Assembly: GCA_022071975.1 (NCBI GenBank)
Contig: JAJVIO010000019.1
Coordinates: 64,570-128,569 of the forward strand
Length of the DNA stretch: 64,000 nt
Reading direction: 5' to 3'
Source of the DNA: Planctomycetota bacterium
GTDB lineage: Bacteria > Planctomycetota > UBA8742 > UBA2392
The position numbers were made by a program, and so were the translations under genes. Within the stretch, counting starts at the first letter, position 1; each line of letters starts with the position of its first letter. Shown in pieces: positions 18,614-26,448 of this stretch. The notes beneath the pieces are model-generated. The model saw only the letters and a program-made list of their open reading frames with translations, was not told where the DNA came from and did not search any database.

Positions 18614-19516
18614 ATGAGATGGGCTTTGACACGAAAGCGCGGCGCGCCCGACGGCCTGTGGATGAAGTGCCCTTCCTGTGAGGGCATGGTCTACCGCAAG
18701 GTTGTCGAGGAAGGTTTCCACGTCTGCCCCGAGTGCGGTTTCCACATGCGCCTGACCGCCGAGCAGCGGATGGAGTACCTGCTCGACCCGGGCACCTTCC
18801 AGCCCCTGTTCGAGAACCTTGAATCCACTGACCCGCTCGGTTTCAAGGGCAAGAAGTCCTACAAAGACAAGCTTGCCAAGGCACAGAAAGAGACCGGCCA
18901 CCGCGAGGCCGCCATCTTCGGCACCGCTGAAATCGGCGGCAAGGAAGTGGTCTTCGGCATCATCGACCCCAACTTCATCATGGGCAGCATGGGCAGCGTG
19001 GTGGGCGAAAAGATCGCCCGCGCCGCCGAGCACGCCCACGACAAGAAGCTGCCCCTGATCATCGTTTCGGGCTCGGGCGGCGGCGCGCGCATGGAAGAGG
19101 GCATCCTGTCCCTGTTCCAGATGGCCAAGACTTCGGCGGCGATCAAGCGCCTGCAGGACAAGGGCGGCGTGTACATCGCGGTGCTGACCAACGCCACCAT
19201 GGGCGGCAGCATGGCAAGCTGGGCGGCCCTGGGCGACATCACCATCGCCGAGCCGCAAGCCCTGCTGGGCTTTGCGGGCCCGCGTGTGATTGCGCAGACC
19301 GTGCGGCAGGAGCTTCCGCCAGGCTTCCAGACTTCCGAATTCCTGGTTGAGCACGGCTTTCTTGACCAGGTGGTGCACCGCAGCGAGATGCGCAGCCGCC
19401 TGATCAGCCTGCTCAGGTACACCTGCGCCGACATGCCGGCCTATCAGAAGACCACGGTCAAGCAGCGCCAGACCGCCAAGATCAAGGCGGGTTCCAGTGC
19501 AAGGGTCAGCGGGTAA
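18614..19516 (+). CDS. accD: Acetyl-CoA carboxylase carboxyltransferase beta subunit
   Basis: Zn-ribbon CPSCEGMVYRK..VCPECGFHMR, then ..GSMGSVVGEKI..SGGARMQEG-like region. RBS AGGAGG is 7 nt upstream of ATG 18614. Confidence 0.9.
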   Translation: MRWALTRKRGAPDGLWMKCPSCEGMVYRKVVEEGFHVCPECGFHMRLTAEQRMEYLLDPGTFQPLFENLESTDPLGFKGKKSYKDKLAKAQKETGHREAAIFGTAEIGGKEVVFGIIDPNFIMGSMGSVVGEKIARAAEHAHDKKLPLIIVSGSGGGARMEEGILSLFQMAKTSAAIKRLQDKGGVYIAVLTNATMGGSMASWAALGDITIAEPQALLGFAGPRVIAQTVRQELPPGFQTSEFLVEHGFLDQVVHRSEMRSRLISLLRYTCADMPAYQKTTVKQRQTAKIKAGSSARVSG

Positions 19517-19535
19517 GTTGGACGAGGAACCAGAA

Positions 19536-19563
19536 CCCCGCGCTTCGCCGCGGGGGTTTTTGT
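19536..19563 (+). terminator. Rho-independent terminator after accD
   Basis: CCCCGCG-cttcgc-CGCGGGG followed by GTTTTTG. Confidence 0.7.
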
Positions 19564-19592
19564 TGGGAGAGCCGGTGTCGGACGACTCTGTG

Positions 19593-20540
19593 ATGCAGCA
19601 CGCGCAACGCCAGTTCGTGGTGTTGCGCGATCACTGGAATGTCGATCACGCGCTCGCGGAAATCCGCAATCAGAAGGTCCCCGGGCCCATCCTGTACTTC
19701 TATGTGGTGAACGACGACGGCCGGCTGGTCGGCGTGCTGCCCACTCGCGCGCTGCTGACCGCGTCGCTGAACGCCACCATCGAATCCCTGATGGTCAAAC
19801 GCCTGGTTACCCTGCCCGAGGACGCGAGCCTGGAGACAGCCAGCGAGCTGTTCGTGATGCACCGCTTCCTGGCCATCCCCATCGTCGACAAGGAGATGCG
19901 GCCGATCGGCGTGATCGACGTCAACGCCTTCTCCAGTGAGGTGCTGGACATCGCCGAGCGCCGCAATGCCGACGTGCTGTTCGAGGCCATCGGCTTGCGA
20001 ATCTCCGGACTGACGGAGGTCTCGCCCGCCAAGGCCTTTCGCCTGCGCTTTCCCTGGCTGATCAGCACCATCGCCGGCGGTACGGCCTGCGCCCTGCTGT
20101 CTTCCGTGTTCGGCGCGACGCTGGCGGAAAGCATCGTGCTGGCGTTCTTCCTGACCCTGGTGCTGGGCCTGGGCGAAAGCGTGGCCACCCAGTCGATGAC
20201 GCTGGCACTGCAACTGCTGCGTTCAACCCAGCCCACCTTCAGCTGGTTCGTCTCCAAGATCTCGCGTGAGTTTGCCTCGGCGCTGCTGATTGGCGGTGCC
20301 TGCGGCCTGATCGTGGCGACTATCGCCCAGCTCTGGCACGGCAACTGGCTGGAGTCGGCGACAATTGGCGGCAGCATTGCGGGCTCGATACTCACCGCAG
20401 CGCTGCTTGGAGTGACGGTGCCGACATTGCTGCACACTCTGAAGCTGGACCCGCGCGTGGCTTCCGGCCCGCTCACGCTGGCACTCACGGACCTCGCCAC
20501 CATCACCATTTACTTCGGTACCGCCACACTGGTGCTGTAA
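19593..20540 (+). CDS. mgtE: MgtE-like Mg2+ transporter (CBS pair + MgtE membrane domain, no MgtE_N domain)
   Basis: A CBS pair (..HRFLAIPIVDKEMRPIGVIDV..) followed by a 5-TM MgtE-type domain (..ASGPLTLALTDLATITIYF..). Confidence 0.65.
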   Translation: MQHAQRQFVVLRDHWNVDHALAEIRNQKVPGPILYFYVVNDDGRLVGVLPTRALLTASLNATIESLMVKRLVTLPEDASLETASELFVMHRFLAIPIVDKEMRPIGVIDVNAFSSEVLDIAERRNADVLFEAIGLRISGLTEVSPAKAFRLRFPWLISTIAGGTACALLSSVFGATLAESIVLAFFLTLVLGLGESVATQSMTLALQLLRSTQPTFSWFVSKISREFASALLIGGACGLIVATIAQLWHGNWLESATIGGSIAGSILTAALLGVTVPTLLHTLKLDPRVASGPLTLALTDLATITIYFGTATLVL

Positions 20541-20591
20541 CCCGCACGCCTCTACGCCTGCGCCGGCAATCACGCTATAAACGCGCCCAGG

Positions 20592-21920
20592 GTGTTGCCT
20601 GTCATCTCCGAGTTGGGGCATCTCGGCTTCCTGGTTGACCTTGGCGTGGTGCTGGGCGCGGGCGTGATCGCCTCGCTGGCCATGGCCGTGCTGCGCCTGC
20701 CCGCCGTTACCGGCCTGCTGCTGGCGGGCGCGATCTGCGGGCCTTTCGGCCTGGCGCTCGTTGAAGACAAAGCAACCATCGACACTCTGGCCGAGGTCGG
20801 CGTAGTGCTGCTGCTGTTCACTATCGGCCTTGAGTTCCCGCTTTCGCGCTTCCTGCGCATCGGCAAGACGCTTGCCCTGGGCGGCAGCCTTCAGGTGGGC
20901 CTCACGTCCGCGGCGGTGGCGGGCGCCTGCCTGCTGCTGGGCCTTGAGTTCAAGTACGCCGTGCCGATTGCCTTTGCCGTGGCGTTGTCCAGCACGGCCA
21001 TCGTGCTGCGCGGCCTGAGCGACCGCGGCGAAGTAGACGCCCCCCACGGGCGCTTCATCGTCGGCACCCTGCTCTTCCAGGACCTGTGCGTGATCCCCAT
21101 GATGCTGACCCTGCCGGTGCTGGCGGGCTCGGGCACCCTGGCGGACATCGCCACCAGCGCTGCGGTGGCCCTGGGGACAGCCACCATAGCCGTGGTGGTT
21201 ACCTATGTGGTGTCGCGCTTGCTGATGCCATGGTTTCTGCGCAGCGTCGACAAGACCCGCAGCCGCGAGAGTTTCGTGCTGGCGATCCTGTCCATCTGCA
21301 CCGCGATCGCGCTGGCCACAGGCTACGCGGGCCTTTCGCTGGCACTGGGCGCGTTCCTTGCCGGAATCGTGATTGCCGATTCACCCTTTGCCAACCGAGC
21401 GCTCACGGAAGTCATGTCCCTGCGCGATGTGCTGACGGGCCTGTTCTTCATTTCGCTGGGCATGATGTTCGACTGGCGCACCGTGGTGGAAGGCCCCCTG
21501 CTGGTGGCCGGCGTATTCATCGCCATCTTCATCGGCAAGGCCATCCTGGCAACCCTGGCCGCGTTGGTGATGCGTTTCCCGCCGCGGGCAGCCATCATTG
21601 CGGGCTTCGGCCTGGCCCAGTTCGGCGAGTTCGGCTTCGTGCTGCTGAACACAGCCGCCGGGCAGGAGCCGTCACTGTTCGACGCCGCCGGCGAAGGGCG
21701 CTGGTTGTGGGCGGCAGCGCTGATCACCATGTTTGTCACGCCCCTGGTGCTGCGCTTCTCGCCGCACCTGGCCACGGGCGCCAGGCTGTTGCGGCCCCTG
21801 GAGCGGCTGCTGGGCGCGCGAGGCATCGACGAGCAGCCGAAGTCGGACGCCCAGCTCAGCGGACACGTGGTCGTGGCGGGCTACGGTGTTTCCGGCCGCA
21901 CGGTGGTCAACGCGTTGTAA
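20592..21920 (+). CDS. Kef-type (CPA2) cation:proton antiporter membrane domain plus the first strand/helix of its TrkA-N domain; ends at an in-frame TAA
   Basis: Twelve or more TM helices. The C-terminus ..GHVVVAGYGVSGRTVVNAL* contains the Rossmann GxGxxG motif. Confidence 0.75.
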   Translation: MLPVISELGHLGFLVDLGVVLGAGVIASLAMAVLRLPAVTGLLLAGAICGPFGLALVEDKATIDTLAEVGVVLLLFTIGLEFPLSRFLRIGKTLALGGSLQVGLTSAAVAGACLLLGLEFKYAVPIAFAVALSSTAIVLRGLSDRGEVDAPHGRFIVGTLLFQDLCVIPMMLTLPVLAGSGTLADIATSAAVALGTATIAVVVTYVVSRLLMPWFLRSVDKTRSRESFVLAILSICTAIALATGYAGLSLALGAFLAGIVIADSPFANRALTEVMSLRDVLTGLFFISLGMMFDWRTVVEGPLLVAGVFIAIFIGKAILATLAALVMRFPPRAAIIAGFGLAQFGEFGFVLLNTAAGQEPSLFDAAGEGRWLWAAALITMFVTPLVLRFSPHLATGARLLRPLERLLGARGIDEQPKSDAQLSGHVVVAGYGVSGRTVVNAL

Positions 21921-21929
21921 ACGGTAGGT

Positions 21930-22679
21930 GTGCCGTACCTGATAATGGAAATGAACGCCGAGACGGTGCGCGCGGCCAGCCAGGCCGGCGAGCCCGCCTT
22001 CTACGCCGACGTCACCAGCGAAGAAGCCCTGCACCACGCGCGGGTCGATCATGCCAGCGCGTTCCTGCTGACCATCAATGACCCCGGCGCCGTGCAGCGC
22101 ACGGTTGATGCCGTGCGACGCGTGGCGCCCGGGGTGCCGATCGTCGTGCGCGCCCGCTACCTGGCCGAACGCGAGGCACTGCTGAAAACCGGCGCCAGCG
22201 ACGTGGTGGTGGGGGAACTGGAAGCCGCCGTCGAGATACTTGCCCGGGTGCTGCGCCTGATGCAGGTGCCGCGCAACCTGATCAACCGCGAACTGGCGCT
22301 GGTGCGGGAGCGAACTCAGACCAGCGCCCGGCCATCAACCGTGCCGCGCAAGACCCTCGCCGAGCACGGCCTGATCGGGGAATTGAAGATCGAGACGTTC
22401 CAGGTGCCGGCCGTGGGCTACACCTGCGGCAAATCCTTGAAGGAGTTGCAGTTGCGCACACAGACCGGGGTGTCAGTGGTGGCCATGAGCCGCGACGGGC
22501 AGGTGATCGACAACCCCTCGCCCGAGATGCCGCTGCTGGAGGGGGATGTGCTGTACCTGCTGGGTTCACTCGAGAAGGTGCGCGACGCCCTGTATTTCCT
22601 TGAGGCCGGGGCAGTACCGGTGCCGGACGCGATCGGCGAGGCCACGCGCATGTGGAAGAAGAGCTCTCCGCCTGTTTAG
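21930..22679 (+). CDS. Remainder of TrkA-N plus TrkA-C (RCK) domain, same frame as 20592..21920
   Basis: ..VPYLIMEMNAETV..FYADVTSEEAL..IVVRARY.. continues the Rossmann fold. The C-terminal TrkA-C region is ..GKSLKELQLRTQTGVSVVAMSRDGQVI... Confidence 0.7.
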   Translation: MPYLIMEMNAETVRAASQAGEPAFYADVTSEEALHHARVDHASAFLLTINDPGAVQRTVDAVRRVAPGVPIVVRARYLAEREALLKTGASDVVVGELEAAVEILARVLRLMQVPRNLINRELALVRERTQTSARPSTVPRKTLAEHGLIGELKIETFQVPAVGYTCGKSLKELQLRTQTGVSVVAMSRDGQVIDNPSPEMPLLEGDVLYLLGSLEKVRDALYFLEAGAVPVPDAIGEATRMWKKSSPPV

Positions 22680-22972
22680 CGCCCCTCCAACGCCTCCTGC
22701 TGATCGCGAGCGCCGTGGATCAACGCTACAACAACAACCTCATCGTTCTCGTATCTGTAGTAAACCAGTACGGGATACCGCTTCATCACGAACTTGCGCA
22801 GACCGTTGTACTCCGTTGGGTACATCTCGGGAAATTCGGTCAGCACGCCCAGATGATCATCGAGGACCTGCACAAAGCGGATTCCCAAGCCTGGTCGTTG
22901 CGACTCGTAGAAGGCCGTAAGCTGTGCGATGTCGCGGCGTGCGAGACGTCAGAACGCGTACCGGAACTGACC
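22676..22972 (-). pseudogene. RelE/ParE-family toxin, apparently decayed (in-frame TGA + frameshift at the 5' end)
   Basis: C-terminal ..YPVLVYYRYENDEVVVVALIHGARD.. is ParE/RelE-like. Upstream in the same frame it reads GQFRYAF*RLARRDIAQLTAFYESQRPGLG, with TGA at 22949-22951. The only ATG (overlapping the antitoxin stop) is in another frame. Confidence 0.6.
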
Positions 22973-23218
22973 TCATGCCGCGTCCGACGCTTCACCAAGT
23001 AACTCGGCGCGCAGATCTTCCCATGACACCCAATCGTCCGGGTTTTCTTCCATGTCTTTCAGACGGGCGTCAAGAATCGGCATGTGCCAGTCTGGGATTG
23101 GCGCTGATTTGGACGACTGCGCAAGTACGGCTTCAACAAGGGCATTTGCCAGCAATAAGCGATCTTTGTCGCCGAGTGCCATGGCCTTCTGAAGCAGTTC
23201 TCGGACGGCTTTCGTCAT
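22973..23218 (-). CDS. Addiction-module antitoxin (TIGR02574-like)
   Basis: 81 aa. ..LLLANALVEAV...IPDWHMPILDARLKDMEENPDD.VSWEDL.. is typical of the 'putative addiction module component' family that pairs with ParE toxins. Confidence 0.65.
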   Translation of the reverse strand: MTKAVRELLQKAMALGDKDRLLLANALVEAVLAQSSKSAPIPDWHMPILDARLKDMEENPDDWVSWEDLRAELLGEASDAA

Positions 23219-23326
23219 GCCTGAATTGTAGCAGCCGGATTCAACCGGGTCCAAGACCCCAAATCGTTGACGTGAAGGGGTCCAAGAGGCAAAAGCGTGG
23301 TCCCCGCTGCATCCACGGAGGACCGC

Positions 23327-24457
23327 ATGCGCGAAACACCGCTTCGGCAAGAGCACGAGAAACTCGGCGCCCGCATGGTTGATTTCGCCGGCTGGTACAT
23401 GCCGGTCACCTACACCAACATCAAGGAAGAGCACGTCCGCGTACGGACCAAGGTGGGCCTGTTCGACGTGTCCCACATGGGGCGCTACTGGATCGGCGGG
23501 CGCGACCACATCAAGCTCACCGACCGCATCATCACCAACAGCCGCGCGACCATGAAGCCGGGCCAGATCCGCTACAGCCTGATCCTCAACGGCCAGGGCG
23601 GCATCCTCGACGACGTGCTGGTCTACAGCATGGGTGACCAGGGCACCTTGCTGGTGGTCAACGCCGGCAACCGCCAGGTGATCTGGGACTGGATCGCCCG
23701 CGAGCGCAAGGGCTTCGTCGTTGACGTCACCGACATGAGCAACGACTACGCCATGATCGCCATGCAGGGGCCGGAAAGCGTCGCGCTGCTGAACAAGATC
23801 AGCGACCTCGACACCAAGGCACTCAAGTACTACCACCTCACCCGCAGCACCGTACTCGGCGAGCCCGAAGTAATCGTCTCGCGCACCGGCTACACCGGCG
23901 AAGACGGCTTTGAATTGATCATGCCCACCAACAAGGCCGTCCACTTCTGGAGCGAGCTGATGAACGTGGGCAAGCCGCAGGGTGTTGGACCCGCCGGCCT
24001 GGGCTGCCGCGACACCCTGCGTCTTGAGGCCGGCATGCCGCTGCACGGCCACGAGATCAGCGACACCATCAACCCGCTGGAAGCCGGCCTGGATTGGGCC
24101 GTGAAGCTGGACAAGGAAGACTTCATCGGCAAGCAGGCCACCCTGGACCTGAAGGAAAAGGGGCTGACCCAGAAGCTGGTGGGACTGCACATCGCCGGCA
24201 AGCGCATCCCTCGACAGGACCAGGAAGTAATTCGCGACGGCAAGGTTGTCGGCAAGGTCTGCAGCGGCACCAAGGCGCCCTGGCTGGACGAGATCATCGC
24301 CACGGCCTACGTGCCGGCCAACGCCACCGCCATCGGCACCACCTACCACGTGGACTTCCCGGCCAAGGGCACGCGGGCCGTGAAGCCGGGCGAAACCACC
24401 ATGCAGACCGCCTTGGTGGTGCCGCTGCCGTTCTACAAGCGGCCGGGGAAGAAGTAG
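23327..24457 (+). CDS. gcvT: Glycine cleavage system aminomethyltransferase T
   Basis: MRETPLRQEHEKLGARMVDFAGWYMPV.., ..GLFDVSHMG.., ..RTGYTGEDGFEL... Confidence 0.9.
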   Translation: MRETPLRQEHEKLGARMVDFAGWYMPVTYTNIKEEHVRVRTKVGLFDVSHMGRYWIGGRDHIKLTDRIITNSRATMKPGQIRYSLILNGQGGILDDVLVYSMGDQGTLLVVNAGNRQVIWDWIARERKGFVVDVTDMSNDYAMIAMQGPESVALLNKISDLDTKALKYYHLTRSTVLGEPEVIVSRTGYTGEDGFELIMPTNKAVHFWSELMNVGKPQGVGPAGLGCRDTLRLEAGMPLHGHEISDTINPLEAGLDWAVKLDKEDFIGKQATLDLKEKGLTQKLVGLHIAGKRIPRQDQEVIRDGKVVGKVCSGTKAPWLDEIIATAYVPANATAIGTTYHVDFPAKGTRAVKPGETTMQTALVVPLPFYKRPGKK

Positions 24458-24461
24458 TTTT

Positions 24462-24535
24462 CAGGCGGCAGGCAGCAGGCGGCAGTCAAGCAACACACGT
24501 AGTTTCTGCCGCCTGCTAACTGCCGCCTGCCGCCT
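24462..24535 (+). repeat. Heptad-periodic hairpin H2 (CAGGCGG/CAGGCAG units)
   Basis: 5' arm CAGGCGGCAGGCAGCAGGCGGCAG (24462-24485), 20-nt loop, 3' arm CTGCCGCCTGCTAACTGCCGCCTGCCGCCT (24506-24535). Confidence 0.8.
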
Positions 24536-24586
24536 CAAACAGAAGTGACAACCATTCAGCGCAGGGCACACAGTAAGGAAAATCCT

Positions 24587-24985
24587 ATGGCTCGACCCAA
24601 AAACGTTCGCTACCTGGAGTCCCATGAGTGGGGCCGCCTCGAGAGCGATGGCACCATCACCATCGGCATCACCGACTTCGCCGTGGACCAGCTCAATGAC
24701 CTGACCTTCGTCGATCTGCCGGAAGTGGGCGACACGGTCACCAAGGGTGAGCCCTTCGGCGAAATCGAAAGCGTGAAGGCTGTAAGCGACTTGATCAGCC
24801 CCGTCAGCGGCGAGATCGTGGCCGTGCACGAAGACGTGGACGGCGACGACTTCAGCGCCCTGAAGACCGACGCCTTCGGCAAGGGCTGGCTGATCAAGGT
24901 AAAGCCCGACAACGCTGACGAGCTGAATGAAGGCACCAAGGACCTCGCCGCCTACGAAAAGCAGCTCGAGGAAGAAGCCCACTAA
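24587..24985 (+). CDS. gcvH: Glycine cleavage system H protein
   Basis: ..YLESHEWGRLE.., lipoyl-Lys motif ..GEIESVKAVSDL... Confidence 0.9.
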   Translation: MARPKNVRYLESHEWGRLESDGTITIGITDFAVDQLNDLTFVDLPEVGDTVTKGEPFGEIESVKAVSDLISPVSGEIVAVHEDVDGDDFSALKTDAFGKGWLIKVKPDNADELNEGTKDLAAYEKQLEEEAH

Positions 24986-25067
24986 CTCAAAATGAAAAAT
25001 GCAAAATTCATAATTGCCCCCGCCGGGCGCACCAATTTTGAATTTTGAATTTTGCATTCTGAATTCC
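24986..25067 (+). repeat. Heptad-periodic hairpin H3 (AT-rich; CAAAATG / GAATTTT units)
   Basis: Arms 24986-25016 and 25033-25067. I count 26 of 31 positions complementary. Loop is cccccgccgggcgcac. Confidence 0.85.
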
Positions 25068-25077
25068 AAGGACTCCC

Positions 25078-26448
25078 ATGCCGTTCATCCAGCACACTGC
25101 CGAAGACACCGCCGCGATGCTTAAAGCCATTGGCGCCAAAAGCATCGACGACCTCTACGTTGACATCCCGAAGGACATCCGGGTCAAGCCTGACGGCGAC
25201 AAGGTCAAGCTGAACCCCAGCATGGGCGAGCTCGAGGTCACTCGTCACATCAACGCGCTTCTGGCCAAGACCAAAAACGCCGGCGACTACGCCTTCTTCC
25301 GTGGCGCCGGCATCTACAACCACCACGTCAGCACACTGACCGACCACATCGCGCTGTATGACGGCAACTTCATCACCGCCTACACGCCGTACCAGCCGGA
25401 GTGCAGCCAGGGCACCCTCACCAGCGTGTTTGAGTTCCAGAGCTGCATCGCGACCCTGACGGGCTTCGAGGTCAGCAACGCCGGCATGTACGACGGGGCC
25501 AGCGCACTGGCCGAGGCCGTGCTGATGGGCTACCGCCTCACGGCCGACAACTTCCGCAAGGAAACCCGCGAAACCGTGGTGCTGGCCGGCGCCATCCACC
25601 CCGAGTACGCGGCCACGGTCAAAACCTATTGCGAGACCACCGGCCTCAAGCTGGTGCAGGTCGGAGCCGGCAAGGACGGCCGCGTGGACGCCGCAGCGCT
25701 GCAGGCGGCACTCACACGCGAAGCGGCCGTGGTGGCAATCCAGTCGCCCAACTTCTTCGGCGTGATCGAAGACGTGGAAGCGCTGGTGAAGCAGGCTCAC
25801 GACGCTGAGACCATGATCGTGCAGGTAATCGGCGAGCCGGTCAGTCTCTCGCTGCTCCAGACGCCCGCCGAGGCCGGCATCGACATCTGCGTGGGCGAAG
25901 GCCAGGCCATCGGCAACCACATGTTCATGGGCGGACCGGCATTCGGCTTCTTCGCCAGCCGCAAGGACTACGTGCGCAAGATGCCCGGCCGCATCGTCAG
26001 CGAGACGACGGACAAGGACGGCAAGCGCGCGTTTGCGCTGGCGCTGGCCACGCGCGAGCAGCACATCCGGCGCGAGAAGGCCACCAGCAACATCTGCACC
26101 AACCAGGCCCTGTGCGCCCTGCGCGCGCTGATCCAGCTGGCGGCCTGGGGCAAGGGCGGCTTCACCGAGCTCGGCCGCCAGATCGTCAGCAAGACTCAGT
26201 ATGCGCTGAAGACTCTGGGTGCTGTGAAGGGCGTCGAGCTGCCGCACCAGGGCAGCCCGGTGTTCAACGAGTTCGTGATCCGCACCAAGCCGGGTCTCGA
26301 CGCCAAGCTGCAAGCCCAAGGCATCATCGGCGGCCTGCCCCTCGAAAGCGTAAGCATGGGCCCGGCCGGCGACTACCTGGTAGCAATCACCGAAATGACC
26401 ACCAAGGAAGAAATCGACAAGTACGCCAAGGCATTGAGTCAGGCGTGA
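25078..26448 (+). CDS. gcvPA: Glycine dehydrogenase (decarboxylating) subunit 1
   Basis: MPFIQHTAEDTAAMLKAIG.., ..YTPYQPE.SQG.L.., 456 aa. Matches the split P-protein alpha subunit. Confidence 0.9.
   Translation: MPFIQHTAEDTAAMLKAIGAKSIDDLYVDIPKDIRVKPDGDKVKLNPSMGELEVTRHINALLAKTKNAGDYAFFRGAGIYNHHVSTLTDHIALYDGNFITAYTPYQPECSQGTLTSVFEFQSCIATLTGFEVSNAGMYDGASALAEAVLMGYRLTADNFRKETRETVVLAGAIHPEYAATVKTYCETTGLKLVQVGAGKDGRVDAAALQAALTREAAVVAIQSPNFFGVIEDVEALVKQAHDAETMIVQVIGEPVSLSLLQTPAEAGIDICVGEGQAIGNHMFMGGPAFGFFASRKDYVRKMPGRIVSETTDKDGKRAFALALATREQHIRREKATSNICTNQALCALRALIQLAAWGKGGFTELGRQIVSKTQYALKTLGAVKGVELPHQGSPVFNEFVIRTKPGLDAKLQAQGIIGGLPLESVSMGPAGDYLVAITEMTTKEEIDKYAKALSQA

Noticed and set aside
21918-21920. 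The TAA in the Kef antiporter as evidence of stop-codon reassignment.
   Set aside because: TAA, TAG and TGA are all used as normal terminators by well-conserved neighbouring genes, for example gcvH (TAA), gcvT (TAG) and wecB (TGA).
22949-22951. The in-frame TGA of the ParE-like toxin as a second selenocysteine site.
   Set aside because: There is no Cys or redox context at that position in ParE proteins. A frameshift is additionally needed to reach a start codon. I see no obvious stem-loop at the right distance. Decay is the simpler explanation.
23219-23326. Glycine riboswitch upstream of gcvT.
   Set aside because: The leader is only ~108 nt, and I could not find the conserved aptamer core sequences. 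A covariance-model scan would be the decisive check.
24462-25067. Heptad repeat arrays as a possible CRISPR array or as VNTR/contingency repeats.
   Set aside because: The units are only 7 nt with no spacers, always occur as two complementary arms, and lie outside coding frames. A 7-nt period is not a multiple of 3. No cas genes are present.
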